Below, piece by piece: positions 38,574 through 47,690 of a stretch of 64,000 bases of DNA (position 1 is the first letter of the stretch; each line of letters begins with the position of its first letter). Origin of the DNA: Thermomicrobiales bacterium (GTDB lineage: Bacteria > Chloroflexota > Chloroflexia > Thermomicrobiales > UBA6265); NCBI GenBank assembly GCA_036558305.1, contig DATBFX010000341.1:6101-70100 (forward strand). The letters run 5' to 3'. Under the pieces are notes generated by a model that saw nothing but the letters and a program-made list of their open reading frames with translations, was not told where the DNA came from and did not search any database. The translations under genes and the position numbers were made by a program.

Positions 38574-39274
38574 TCCCGTTCTCCTTTCGGGTCGACGCCC
38601 AACCGCTCCAACAACGCGTCCGCCGGCGTTGCTCGCGCACCACCTTCGCCGGACTTCGACGGGTAGCGATACTGCCGGACGAAACCGGTAATCTGCTCCT
38701 GAACGTGCCCGTTCCACACCCCACGAAGCAGTGCCGTTCCGTGCTCGTGAGTCGGAAACGTGACTTCCAGCGCCATGCCAATCGACGCGCGGCGTAGATT
38801 GCCGGTTGACTCCCGCGAGACCGGATCGTTGGTACCAACAAGGAACAGTTTGGGTACACCGGCGCCACGAGGCACACGAGAGAACCCTTCGGGTGCCATT
38901 GCCGACAGCAACACCACTCCGTCGAGCTCCGTCCGATCGGCGGCCCACAGGAGATGTTCGGCGGTCGCACCCGCCGCGATTGCCACGACGAACGGCGCTC
39001 CGGCGGCCCGCGCCATGCGAATCCACGAGACGACGTCGTCGACCGCCTTGTCTTCGCACCAATCGCCGTCCGACGCGCCGTGTCCCCGCAGATCGACGGC
39101 GAGAACCGAGAGTTCGGCGGCCAGCAAGAAGGGGATCAGTGGCCGCCAGCGGTCGAGATCTTCTTCGGGACCGACATCGTGCAGGAGCACGACCCGAGCG
39201 GAACCGCCCGACCACAACTCTCCGCGGAGGGCGCAGCCGTCGCCGGCGACGATCGCGAGCGGTAGCGGCGTCAT
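38570..39274 (-). CDS. alpha/beta hydrolase family protein
   Basis: The ATG at 39274 overlaps the upstream ATPase stop (ATGA). VVLLHDVG and VDLRGHGASDG. No clear GxSxG seen, so the catalytic status is unknown. Confidence 0.6.
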   Translation of the reverse strand: MTPLPLAIVAGDGCALRGELWSGGSARVVLLHDVGPEEDLDRWRPLIPFLLAAELSVLAVDLRGHGASDGDWCEDKAVDDVVSWIRMARAAGAPFVVAIAAGATAEHLLWAADRTELDGVVLLSAMAPEGFSRVPRGAGVPKLFLVGTNDPVSRESTGNLRRASIGMALEVTFPTHEHGTALLRGVWNGHVQEQITGFVRQYRYPSKSGEGGARATPADALLERLGVDPKGERE

Positions 39275-40299
39275 GCGACGGCCAGGTCGGCGGGCATCGG
39301 CGCCGAGTTGAAGCAGGCAACCCAGTGGTCCGACCCCGGTGCGGCCGGTTCGAGTGGCGGAACCTCCTGGCGACAGACGTCGAGCGACCGGAAGCAACGA
39401 CCGGCGAATCGACAGGCCGGACGCGCATCCATGAGGTTCGCCTCGCCGGGCAAGTGGATCCGACCGGCCGGGCGACCTTTCAAGAGCGATGGCACGGAGG
39501 AGAGGAGAGCCTGGGTGTACGGGTGCAACGGGTTGCGGAACAGCTCGTCCGCGGGCGCGAGCTCGACGAGTTTGCCCAGGTACATCACGGCGACCCGATC
39601 GGCCATGTGGCGAACGACGCTCATATCGTGGCTGATGAAGAGGTAGGTCAGGCGCAACCGGTCCTGCAATTCCCGCAGCAGGTTGAGGATCTGGCTCTGC
39701 ATCGAAACGTCGAGGGCGCTGACCGGTTCGTCGGCGACGATGAACGTCGGGTTGACCGCCAACGCACGGGCGATACTCAATCGCTGCCGCTGCCCGCCGG
39801 AAAACTCGTGCGGGAAGCGTTCCGCGGCGTCGGCCGGAAGGTGGACCAAATGCAACAGCTCGGCGATCCGCGTTTGCTGCTCCGCTTTTCCCAGTCCCAG
39901 GTGCCCCATTCCCTCGGCGATGATCGCCTCCGCCTTCATCCGCGGGTCGAGCGAATCGAACGGGTCCTGGAAGATGATCTGAGCCCGCTGCCGGAAATCC
40001 CGCAACTTGCCGGGTGGCAAACGCAGTACGTCGTCATCACGAAAACGGAGGCTCCCATCGGTCGGTTCGATCAGGCGGAGGATGAGCCGCGCCAGGGTCG
40101 ATTTGCCGGACCCCGATTCGCCGACGAGCGCGAGCGTCTCTCCCTCACGGATGTCGAACGAGACGTCGTCGACGGCCGAAACCCATTTCGTGGCACGACC
40201 GAAGAAGTCCCAGGCAACGGGGAACCGCTTCGTCAGCCCCTGGACCGCGAGCAGCGAATCAGCGGACGAAGGGGGTTGGGTTGTGGCAGCGGAGATCAT
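39271..40299 (-). CDS. ABC transporter ATP-binding protein (DppF/OppF-like)
   Basis: ATG at 40299. Walker A GESGSGKST, signature FSGGQRQR, Walker B FIVADEP. C-terminal oligopeptide-type extension with CRFAGRC. Confidence 0.9.
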   Translation of the reverse strand: MISAATTQPPSSADSLLAVQGLTKRFPVAWDFFGRATKWVSAVDDVSFDIREGETLALVGESGSGKSTLARLILRLIEPTDGSLRFRDDDVLRLPPGKLRDFRQRAQIIFQDPFDSLDPRMKAEAIIAEGMGHLGLGKAEQQTRIAELLHLVHLPADAAERFPHEFSGGQRQRLSIARALAVNPTFIVADEPVSALDVSMQSQILNLLRELQDRLRLTYLFISHDMSVVRHMADRVAVMYLGKLVELAPADELFRNPLHPYTQALLSSVPSLLKGRPAGRIHLPGEANLMDARPACRFAGRCFRSLDVCRQEVPPLEPAAPGSDHWVACFNSAPMPADLAVA

Positions 40300-41308
40300 G
40301 GTCGGTGTCGATCCTCGCGAGGTCCGGGTGCGTTTCGACGCACGGCGCGATCCGGTTCGGACAACGGGCCGCAAAGCGGCAGGCGGTCGGCATCGCCCAG
40401 AGTTCCGGGACGCGACCGGGAATGACGTGCAGCGTCGGCTGCCGCGTCGCCAGGTACGGCATGCTCTTCAGCAAACCCTGCGTGTACGGGTGCTGCGGAT
40501 TCTCGAAAATCTGCCGGGTCGTCCCGATCTCGACGATCTCCCCCGCATACATCACCGCGACCCGATCCGCGATCTCGTTGACGACGCCGAGATTGTGGGT
40601 AATCAGGATCACGCTCAAACCGAGTTCCTGCCGTAGACTGGCGATCAAGTCGAGGATCTGCGCCTGGATCGTGACGTCGAGCGCCGTCGTCGGCTCGTCC
40701 GCGAGCAACAACTTCGGGTTCATCACCAGCGCCAGCGCCAGCATCACCCGCTGCCGCATCCCACCGGAAAACTGGTGCGGGTAATCGTCAAGCCGCCGTG
40801 CCGCGTCCGGAATTCCGAGGCGGTCGAGCATCGCCACCGCCCGCGTCCGCGCTTCGTGTTTGCTCACCGCCGCGTGCGCCCGAACCACCTCGGCAATCTG
40901 CGATCCGACCGTAAACGCCGGATCGAGCGCGGTCATCGGCTCCTGAAACACCATCGCGATCTCGTTGCCACGCACCTTTCGCATCTCGCCGCCGCTGAGG
41001 CGAAGCAGGTCGCGCTCCCCGAACCGGACAGTTCCCTCGGCCACCGCCGCGGCCGGCGGCAGCAGCCGCATGATCGAGAGCGCCGTCATCGACTTCCCGC
41101 ACCCGCTTTCGCCGACCAGACCGAGGATCTCGCCAGTATTCACGGTAAGCGAGACGCGATCGACGGCGCGCAGGACGCGGCGGCGACCCTGGATGACGGT
41201 GGTGAGGGCGTCGATGGTGAGGAGGGGAGCGACCGGCACGGTCCCCCTTTCCCGCGTAGCGAGCGGGGTGTCCTCGAGGCCGCGGCCGGGGGGGTGAGGG
41301 TCGCGCAT
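40259..41308 (-). CDS. ABC transporter ATP-binding protein (DppD/OppD-like)
   Basis: Walker A GESGCGKSM, signature FSGGMRQR, Walker B LLLADEP, C-terminal CRFAARC. Start is the ATG at 41308 or the GTG at 41317. Confidence 0.9.
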   Translation of the reverse strand: MRDPHPPGRGLEDTPLATRERGTVPVAPLLTIDALTTVIQGRRRVLRAVDRVSLTVNTGEILGLVGESGCGKSMTALSIMRLLPPAAAVAEGTVRFGERDLLRLSGGEMRKVRGNEIAMVFQEPMTALDPAFTVGSQIAEVVRAHAAVSKHEARTRAVAMLDRLGIPDAARRLDDYPHQFSGGMRQRVMLALALVMNPKLLLADEPTTALDVTIQAQILDLIASLRQELGLSVILITHNLGVVNEIADRVAVMYAGEIVEIGTTRQIFENPQHPYTQGLLKSMPYLATRQPTLHVIPGRVPELWAMPTACRFAARCPNRIAPCVETHPDLARIDTDHDLRCHNPTPFVR

Positions 41309-41310
41309 CG

Positions 41311-42237
41311 TCACCACCGCCGCAGCCTCGGGTCGAACACGTCGCGCAGACCGTCGCCGAGGGTGTTCAACCCGAGCACAATCAAGGCAATGGCAATTCC
41401 TGGAATGATTGCCACCCAGGGATCGTTGTAGAGGTAGTTGCGTCCGTTAGCGATCATCTGCCCCAGACTCGGCGTCGGCGGCTGTGCGCCGAGACCGATG
41501 AACGACAAGCCGGCCTCGGCGATGACCGTCACGGCGATGTAGTACGAGGCCATCACGAGCGAGGTCGCGATCGTGTTGGGTACCAGATGCCGGAGGATCA
41601 CCTTCCAGGCCGGTACCCCCAGTGCGCGGGCGGCCTCGACGAACGCCCGCTCCCGCAGCGAGAGCGTCTGGGCACGGATGATCCGCGCAAACCCGGCCCA
41701 GTTGACGACGCTGACGGCGAGGATCACCGCCGGAATCCCCGGTTTGAACATGCCGGCGAAGATGACCGCGACCAGGATCACCGGGAAACCCCAGGTGAGG
41801 TCGATCAAGCCACTGATGATCCGATCGACCGGGCCACGGAAGTACCCGGCCACGGCCCCGAGAATCAAGCCGAACGACATCGAGGCGGCAGTGACCACCA
41901 TCCCGATCAGCAGCGAGATCGCCATGCCGGCGGCGATACGCCAGGCGGTGTTCCGACCGAGGTTGTCGGTACCCAGCAGACGCCCCTGGCTGAACGGTTT
42001 GATCAGCGCGGCGTTCACATCCTGGTCGAGATAGAGGTGCCTGAATCCCGGCGTCGCCAGGAGCACGGTACCGATCGCGGCGACGAAGAGACAAGCGAGC
42101 GTTATCGCTCCCCCGATCAGCGTGAGCTTGTTCGCCCACAACGGCGCGAGCCGGTCGCCGAGCCCGCGGCCCGGACGCAGCGGGGTTCGTTCCTCGGCGA
42201 AATCTTCGAAGTGGAGCGGAACCGGCTCGCTGGCCAT
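41311..42237 (-). CDS. ABC transporter permease (DppC/OppC-like)
   Basis: The ATG at 42237 shares one base with the upstream TGA. LGTDNLGRNTAWRIAAG and FVEAARALGV. Confidence 0.88.
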   Translation of the reverse strand: MASEPVPLHFEDFAEERTPLRPGRGLGDRLAPLWANKLTLIGGAITLACLFVAAIGTVLLATPGFRHLYLDQDVNAALIKPFSQGRLLGTDNLGRNTAWRIAAGMAISLLIGMVVTAASMSFGLILGAVAGYFRGPVDRIISGLIDLTWGFPVILVAVIFAGMFKPGIPAVILAVSVVNWAGFARIIRAQTLSLRERAFVEAARALGVPAWKVILRHLVPNTIATSLVMASYYIAVTVIAEAGLSFIGLGAQPPTPSLGQMIANGRNYLYNDPWVAIIPGIAIALIVLGLNTLGDGLRDVFDPRLRRW

Positions 42238-43166
42238 CAGCCGCTCCCGTGCTGGCGGGTCCGTGGATCGGCCCACTGCTGCCCGATGTCGGCGAGCAGA
42301 TTGAAGAAGATGACCGCCAGGGTAAGCATCAGCGCCAGCGTCTGCGCCAGCGTGTAGTCCCGTTTCAGCACACTGTTGACGAGTTGCGAGCCGAGCCCGG
42401 GCCAGCGGAAGATCGTCTCCACGATCAGGGTGTACCCAAGCAGCGTCCTGAGCATGATGCCGGCCAGCGCGATCACCGGCGGCAGCGCATTCCGGAGCAC
42501 GTGGATCCAGACGATGCGCGCTTCCGGCAGACCTTTCGCGTAGAGCGTCCGCACGTAATCTTTGTTGAACTCTTCGAGCATCGACGACCGGACGACGCGC
42601 AGGTTGATCGCGATCGCCTCGGCTGCAAGGACGAAAGCCGGCAGGATCAAATGGCGAAGGTCACCCGAACCGGCGACCGGCAACCAGCGGTGCTCGACCG
42701 AAAAGAGTTGAATCAGCAACACGGCGAGGAAGAAGTTGGGGATGGCCATCCCGAGCACGGCCAGCAGCATCGTGCCCTGATCGATGAGCGTGTTGCGCTT
42801 CCAGGCCGCCAATACCCCAAGCGGAATCGCCGTCAGGTAGGTCATCAGCGCCGCCGCGGACGCCAAGAAGACGGTGTTCCAGATCGCTTTGCCGATCAAT
42901 TTGTTGATCGGCTGCCCATTGACGAACGAGACACCGGGATCGCCCGTAACCAGGTTCTTGACGAAAACCACGTATTGGACGGGCAACGGCCGATCCAGCC
43001 CCAGCTTCTCGCGCAACTGCGGGGCGAGGAATTCCCGGTTAACCGGATTGGTCAGAACGTCCTCGACACTCCCCGGCGCTACCCGCAGCCCGTAGAAGAT
43101 CACGAGCGAGGCAACAAAGAGCAACAGCAGCGAGTAGAGCGTCCGGTGGATGATGAAGGTCAACAT
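42237..43166 (-). CDS. ABC transporter permease (DppB/OppB-like)
   Basis: MLTFIIHRTLYSLLLLFVASLVIFYGLRVAPG and YVRTLYAKGL. Confidence 0.9.
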   Translation of the reverse strand: MLTFIIHRTLYSLLLLFVASLVIFYGLRVAPGSVEDVLTNPVNREFLAPQLREKLGLDRPLPVQYVVFVKNLVTGDPGVSFVNGQPINKLIGKAIWNTVFLASAAALMTYLTAIPLGVLAAWKRNTLIDQGTMLLAVLGMAIPNFFLAVLLIQLFSVEHRWLPVAGSGDLRHLILPAFVLAAEAIAINLRVVRSSMLEEFNKDYVRTLYAKGLPEARIVWIHVLRNALPPVIALAGIMLRTLLGYTLIVETIFRWPGLGSQLVNSVLKRDYTLAQTLALMLTLAVIFFNLLADIGQQWADPRTRQHGSG

Positions 43167-43178
43167 TTCCGTTTGAGA

Positions 43179-43322
43179 GGCGGCAAGGCGGCAAGGCGGG
43201 AACCCGCCAGAGCGGGTGATGGCGGCAAGGATTTTCGAGCGGGCACCCAGTTCTGGCGCTCAATAGGCTCAATCATCCTTCGACCACTCCCCGCCGCCTT
43301 GCCGCCTTGCCGCCTTGCCGCC
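43179..43322 (-). repeat. intercistronic hairpin C: same GGCGGCAA/TTGCCGCC unit as hairpin B
   Basis: Plus-strand ggcggcaaggcggcaaggcgg (43179-43199) pairs over 21 bp with ccgccgccttgccgccttgccgccttgccgcc (43291-43322). A third ggcggcaagg at 43221-43230 allows an alternative pairing. In the sense of the minus-strand genes the element begins at the SBP stop and ends 12 nt before the permease ATG. Confidence 0.9.
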
Positions 43323-45007
43323 TACGACTCCACCCAAACGTCGTTGTACTGCGGGTAGAGCATCGTTTGCGTCGGCATCCAGCCGTGCACCTTCTTGTGG
43401 TTGACCCAGATCGCGTTCGAGGTCACCAGCGGAATCTTCGGCACTTGCTCGGCCCAGATCAACTGGGCCTTGCTCGCCGCGGCCTTGAGCTCCTCGTCGC
43501 TGCCGGCCTTCTGCCAGTCGTCGAAGGCCTTCAACAAATTGGGGATACCGCCGCTGTACTCCATGCTCGGGACGATCGAGTTGAAGAGCAGGATCACGTC
43601 CATCGGCGAGGACCAGAGCCACTCGTAGCCGAACGAATCGGGTGGGGAATCCTTGCTGTTGAGTTTGGTTCCGAATTCGGGATTCTGGTAACTCTCGACC
43701 TTCATGTCGGCGCCGACCTTCGCCAGCATACCGGCGACCGCCTCGCTGATCTGGGCGCCGAACGTCTGTCCGGACCAGTTCAAGTGCGTCCAGGAGAGCT
43801 TGACGCCGTTCTTGGCGCGGATCCCGTCCGAACCCTTCGCCCAGCCCTGGTCGTCGAGCATCTTGTTGGCGAGATCGAGGTCGAACTTGTTGAACTGCTC
43901 GACACCCGGGTCGTACCACTTCCAGTTGGACGCGATCGGTCCTTGCGTGGCGACCGCGTGACCGAAGTAGATCGCCTTGACGAGTCCTTCACGGTCGATT
44001 GCGTGGGAAATTGCCTGGCGCACCGCCAACTGGTCGAATTCCAGGTCCTTGCGCAGCCAGTTCAACGCAAGGAACGAGTTCGCCGGGTTCGCCCACTCCT
44101 GGACAACGAGATCGGGATTGCCCTTGAGGCGGTCGACGTCCTGCCCCGCCGGGTTCTTGATCGCGTCGACGTCGCCGGCTTCCATCTCATTCGCTCGGTT
44201 CGCCGCCTCGACGATCGGCACCCACTTCAACTCGTCGATGTAGGCCGGTCCCTTATTCTGGATGAACGGGCAGGCGGTACCCGGATAATCCGCCCACTTC
44301 GCCATGCGAACCTGACTACCGGGTGTAAATTCCGTCAGGGTGAACGGACCGGTGCCGTCTGCCGTCGTGGCGCCGTAGGTGTCGCCGGCAGCGGCGCGGG
44401 CGGCCTGGTTGTGGATCATCGAGTACTCGGTCGCCAGGGTCTCCGGGAACGCGGCGAACGGGTGCGCCATGGTCACGATCACCGTGTTGCCGTCGCCGGC
44501 TTTGACATCGGTGACGGTATTCCAGAAGATGGCGTTCTGACCGGTCTTGGGATCGCGGAACAGGTCGAAGTCCTCGACCACGTTCGCGTTGGTGCAGGGC
44601 GTGCCCGAGTGGAACTTCAATCCGTCCCGGATCTTGATTGTCCAGGTCAAGCCGTCGTCGGAGACGGTCCAGGAGTCGGCCAGCGCCGGAACGATCTTAC
44701 CGTCCGGGTCGCGGAGCATCACGTATTCGTAGAGCGCATTGTATCCCGGATCGGCCCAGCCGGAGAGTACCGGGTCCATCTTCGTGAAGTCGCGGTCGTA
44801 CCCTTCGGTGAACGTGCCGCCGGTTTGCGGCGTGTCCTGTGCTGCCGCGAGCCGAGGCGAAGCCGCTGCCAGGAGTGACGCCGCCGCCGGGGCGGAGACG
44901 CCGAGCAGCGCCGCACGCTTGACGAACTCGCGTCGACTCAACCCGGCCCGCCGGTACTCGTCGACCAGAGATCTCAGGCCGGTTCGTGGATCGATCCTGT
45001 CGCTCAC
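43322..45007 (-). CDS. ABC transporter substrate-binding protein, family 5, Tat-type signal
   Basis: LSRREFVKRAALLGVSAPAAASLLAAASPRLAAAQD is a twin-arginine-like leader. The SBP_bac_5 body follows. Confidence 0.88.
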   Translation of the reverse strand: MSDRIDPRTGLRSLVDEYRRAGLSRREFVKRAALLGVSAPAAASLLAAASPRLAAAQDTPQTGGTFTEGYDRDFTKMDPVLSGWADPGYNALYEYVMLRDPDGKIVPALADSWTVSDDGLTWTIKIRDGLKFHSGTPCTNANVVEDFDLFRDPKTGQNAIFWNTVTDVKAGDGNTVIVTMAHPFAAFPETLATEYSMIHNQAARAAAGDTYGATTADGTGPFTLTEFTPGSQVRMAKWADYPGTACPFIQNKGPAYIDELKWVPIVEAANRANEMEAGDVDAIKNPAGQDVDRLKGNPDLVVQEWANPANSFLALNWLRKDLEFDQLAVRQAISHAIDREGLVKAIYFGHAVATQGPIASNWKWYDPGVEQFNKFDLDLANKMLDDQGWAKGSDGIRAKNGVKLSWTHLNWSGQTFGAQISEAVAGMLAKVGADMKVESYQNPEFGTKLNSKDSPPDSFGYEWLWSSPMDVILLFNSIVPSMEYSGGIPNLLKAFDDWQKAGSDEELKAAASKAQLIWAEQVPKIPLVTSNAIWVNHKKVHGWMPTQTMLYPQYNDVWVES

Positions 45008-45204
45008 GCGTACCTCCTTCGTCTGACGCGGGTGCGCCCTTGCGGCGGGTCACACCCGTCCCGAACGACACCGATTCCGGTAGGAGTTTTCAGTATTCTA
45101 TCCCCGCTCTTTCAAGGCGCAAGCCACGCCATCGCTTCGCACACCTCAGGGGATGGTCGCGGCCGGGACGCCCACTTCGCCGGCTCCGTCGAATCGATGC
45201 TGCG

Positions 45205-45223
45205 ATGTTATATTTTATACAAC
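45205..45223 (-). promoter_or_regulatory. AT-rich box upstream of the ABC operon (candidate promoter/GntR operator)
   Basis: atgttatattttatacaac is 19 nt of almost pure A/T in GC-rich DNA. It lies between the GntR gene end (45318) and the SBP start (45007), has TGT...ACA ends, and resembles the box at 46111-46135 (about 12 of 18 positions when one is reverse-complemented, aligned by hand). Confidence 0.4.
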
Positions 45224-45317
45224 TCCTCGTCAAGACGGTTTGCGCTCCGACGTCCCGCCTCGGTCAGAAGCGGGATGCCAAGGACGCGATCGACCCGTGA
45301 ACTGGCGCACCGGGCAA

Positions 45318-46046
45318 TCAAGCGCCGTCTCGCGAACCCGGACTCGCCTTCGCGCGACCGTCGACAGCGGTCGGACTCGCGGTCCCGGTGAACAGCGTCG
45401 GTTCCTCCGCAAAGAGCTTGCGGAGGACTTCCACGGAATGTTCGAGGTGATTCGTCAGCGCCGCGAGGGCACCGTCGACCTCTTTCGCCTCGATCCGATC
45501 GAGGATCAACTCGTGCTCGGCACGCGCCGACTCGGCGGTAACGCGCGAGGCACCGATCCGCCGGTAACGCTCGGTGTGATCCCAGACGATGCCGATCAAC
45601 CGGAGCAGCCACTTCGAACCGGACGGTTCGTACAGGGCGAAATGGAAGGCGCGATGGTCGTCGTATTCTGCGTGACCCTTTTGAACGAACTGGCGGACGA
45701 TCTTGTTGTTGAGGCGTCGCGCTTTCGCCAGGACCGCAGGCGTGGTCTGCGGGATCGCCTGCCGCAGCGCCTCGACTTCGAGGACGATGCGCGTCCGGTA
45801 AACGTCGAGCATGTCCTCCATCGAGAGCGGCGCCACCCGCGCCCCGCGGTTCGGGATCGACTCGACGAATCCCTCCGCCTCCAGCAGCCGCAAAGCTTCC
45901 CGGACCGGAATCATGCTGACGCCGTTGCGGGCTGCAAGGTCCTGCAGACGCAATGGTGAGCCCGGCGAATAGTCGCCGGTCAGGATCGCCCGCCGCGTCC
46001 GCCGGTAAACCAACTCGACCGAGCTGGTCAGGTCGGCATTGACCAT
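45318..46046 (-). CDS. GntR-family transcriptional regulator (FadR/FCD subfamily)
   Basis: YRRTRRAILTGDYSPGSPLRLQDLAARNGVSMIPVREALRLLEAEGFVESIPNRGARV is the winged-helix GntR domain. An all-helical FCD-like C-terminal domain follows. Confidence 0.88.
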   Translation of the reverse strand: MVNADLTSSVELVYRRTRRAILTGDYSPGSPLRLQDLAARNGVSMIPVREALRLLEAEGFVESIPNRGARVAPLSMEDMLDVYRTRIVLEVEALRQAIPQTTPAVLAKARRLNNKIVRQFVQKGHAEYDDHRAFHFALYEPSGSKWLLRLIGIVWDHTERYRRIGASRVTAESARAEHELILDRIEAKEVDGALAALTNHLEHSVEVLRKLFAEEPTLFTGTASPTAVDGRAKASPGSRDGA

Positions 46047-46110
46047 CCGCCCTCTCGCTGCCTACCGGCCAAGGGTGCGCGGTCGCCCCTTGCCGCGTCG
46101 CCACGCCCGT

Positions 46111-46135
46111 GTAAAGTCTATATATTATATGATTG
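46111..46135. promoter_or_regulatory. AT-rich box in the divergent GntR / MBL-hydrolase intergenic region
   Basis: gtaaagtctatatattatatgattg. It contains TATAAT on the minus strand (46124-46129) and TATATT/TATGAT on the plus strand, and is similar to the box at 45205-45223. Confidence 0.4.
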
Positions 46136-46233
46136 CGGTGCTATTTCCGATCGCGGGTCGGTGTTGCCGTCGACGGACGGGTCGGGACCGCACGCAGCCG
46201 CCCGTACCGGCCGGAGAACCTGGAGCAGCCATC

Positions 46234-46983
46234 GTGCGCCTGACACCGGAGATCGCCCTCGTCGGCAGCGGCAGTTTCGGATTCGATCTCACCTCGCCCG
46301 CCGACGCCCACCTCTACCTGATCGACGGCGGCGGCGACCTTGCCCTCGTCGACGCCGGCTGCGGTGGCAGCATCGGCGACACCGACCTCATCCTGCGCAC
46401 CATCGCCGCCGACGGCTACGACCCGGCTCGCATCTCCAAACTCCTCCTCACGCACTACCACTTCGACCACATCGGCGGCGCCGCCGAGGTCCACGACCGC
46501 CTTGGCGTCCCCGTCCACGCCTCTCCCCTCACCGCCCGCGTCCTCCAGTCGGCCGAGGAGTCGACGAATTTGCTCTCCGCCGTCAAAGACATCGGTTTCG
46601 TCCCCGACGACTACGAATTGCGCACCTGTCCGGCCACCGGCGACCTCGTCGACGGTGCCACCGTCCGTATCGGCCGCTTGACGCTGACGGTCTTCGAGAC
46701 CCCAGGGCACTGCGACGGCCACCTCTCTTTCCTGGTCGAGGGTGGCGATCGCCGCGCGCTCATCCAGGGTGACCTCGTCTTCTACGGTGGCACCATCCTG
46801 CTCCAGGACATCCCCGACTGCTCGATCCAGAACTACAGCGAGAGCGTGCGCAAACTCGCGGCCGTCGAATTCGACGCGTTCCTCCCCGGCCACGGCCCGA
46901 TCTCCCTCCGCAACGGCAAACGCCACATCGACCTCGCCGCCGCCCAATTTGCGAGACTGATGGTGCCAAAGAATTGGGGTTGA
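46234..46983 (+). CDS. MBL-fold metallo-hydrolase
   Basis: The GTG at 46234 gives (M)RLTPEIALVGSG...YLIDGGGDLALVDAG. HxHxDH motif as THYHFDHIGG. TPGHCDGH. Confidence 0.8.
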   Translation: MRLTPEIALVGSGSFGFDLTSPADAHLYLIDGGGDLALVDAGCGGSIGDTDLILRTIAADGYDPARISKLLLTHYHFDHIGGAAEVHDRLGVPVHASPLTARVLQSAEESTNLLSAVKDIGFVPDDYELRTCPATGDLVDGATVRIGRLTLTVFETPGHCDGHLSFLVEGGDRRALIQGDLVFYGGTILLQDIPDCSIQNYSESVRKLAAVEFDAFLPGHGPISLRNGKRHIDLAAAQFARLMVPKNWG

Positions 46984-47038
46984 CCACGTTCTCACACGGG
47001 TCTCGACCCGGAGGGTCGCGACAGAAAGGAGTCACCGC

Positions 47039-47548
47039 GTGACGGCGGCAACGATCGGGCAGGCGGACGAAACCAGGGAGGGCTGGCGCGGCAAGATCGG
47101 CCTCATGGACCAGCAGGAGATGGACGAGTTCCTGGTGGGCGGCAACCTCGCCCGGCTCGCCGTCCTCGACGACAAGGGCTGGCCCTATGTCCAGCCCGTC
47201 TGGTACCAGTGGGAGCCGAACGAGGGCGTCTTCTGGATCGTCGCCCGCAAGAAAAGCGCGTGGGCTGCCTTCATGCAACGCGACGGCCGCGTCGCCCTCA
47301 CCATCGATGGCGAGACCCGCCCTTATCGCAAAGTCGCCCTCCAGGGTACGGCCGAGGTCATCGAGGAACCGAACGTCGGCGGCGAATGGGTCGAGATTGC
47401 CAATTCGATGGCCACCCGCTACCTCGGCGAACACGGCCCCGACTACATCGTCCCCACTCTCGACAAACCGCGCTGGCTCTTCAAAATCACGCCGACCTCG
47501 CTGGTGACGTGGCAGGGCGTCGATTGGCACTCGCGGTACAAGGAGTAG
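47039..47548 (+). CDS. pyridoxamine 5'-phosphate oxidase family (split-barrel flavin/F420-binding) protein
   Basis: GTG at 47039 after AAAGGAG. MDEFLVGGNLARLAVLDDKGWPYVQPVWY and VALTID...RKVALQGTAEVI match the PPOX-like split barrel. Confidence 0.75.
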   Translation: MTAATIGQADETREGWRGKIGLMDQQEMDEFLVGGNLARLAVLDDKGWPYVQPVWYQWEPNEGVFWIVARKKSAWAAFMQRDGRVALTIDGETRPYRKVALQGTAEVIEEPNVGGEWVEIANSMATRYLGEHGPDYIVPTLDKPRWLFKITPTSLVTWQGVDWHSRYKE

Positions 47549-47690
47549 GCGGACAGACGGACAGACGGACAGACGGACGGACGGAGGACTTATGAACGCC
47601 AACGCAACGACCGACTCAGGTCTAGCACCGGGCAAGGCAGACGCGACTCGTTCTCCGCTGTCCGACTGTCCGTCTGTCCGCCTATCCGTC
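47549..47690 (+). repeat. hairpin D: (GGACAGAC)x4 - loop - (GTCTGTCC-type)x4
   Basis: Left arm gcggacagacggacagacggacagacggacggacgga lies directly after the TAG at 47546-47548. Right arm 47655-47690 is ccgctgtccgactgtccgtctgtccgcctatccgtc. 17 bp pair perfectly, plus 7 more after one mismatch. The annotated ATG at 47592 lies in the loop. Confidence 0.9.
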
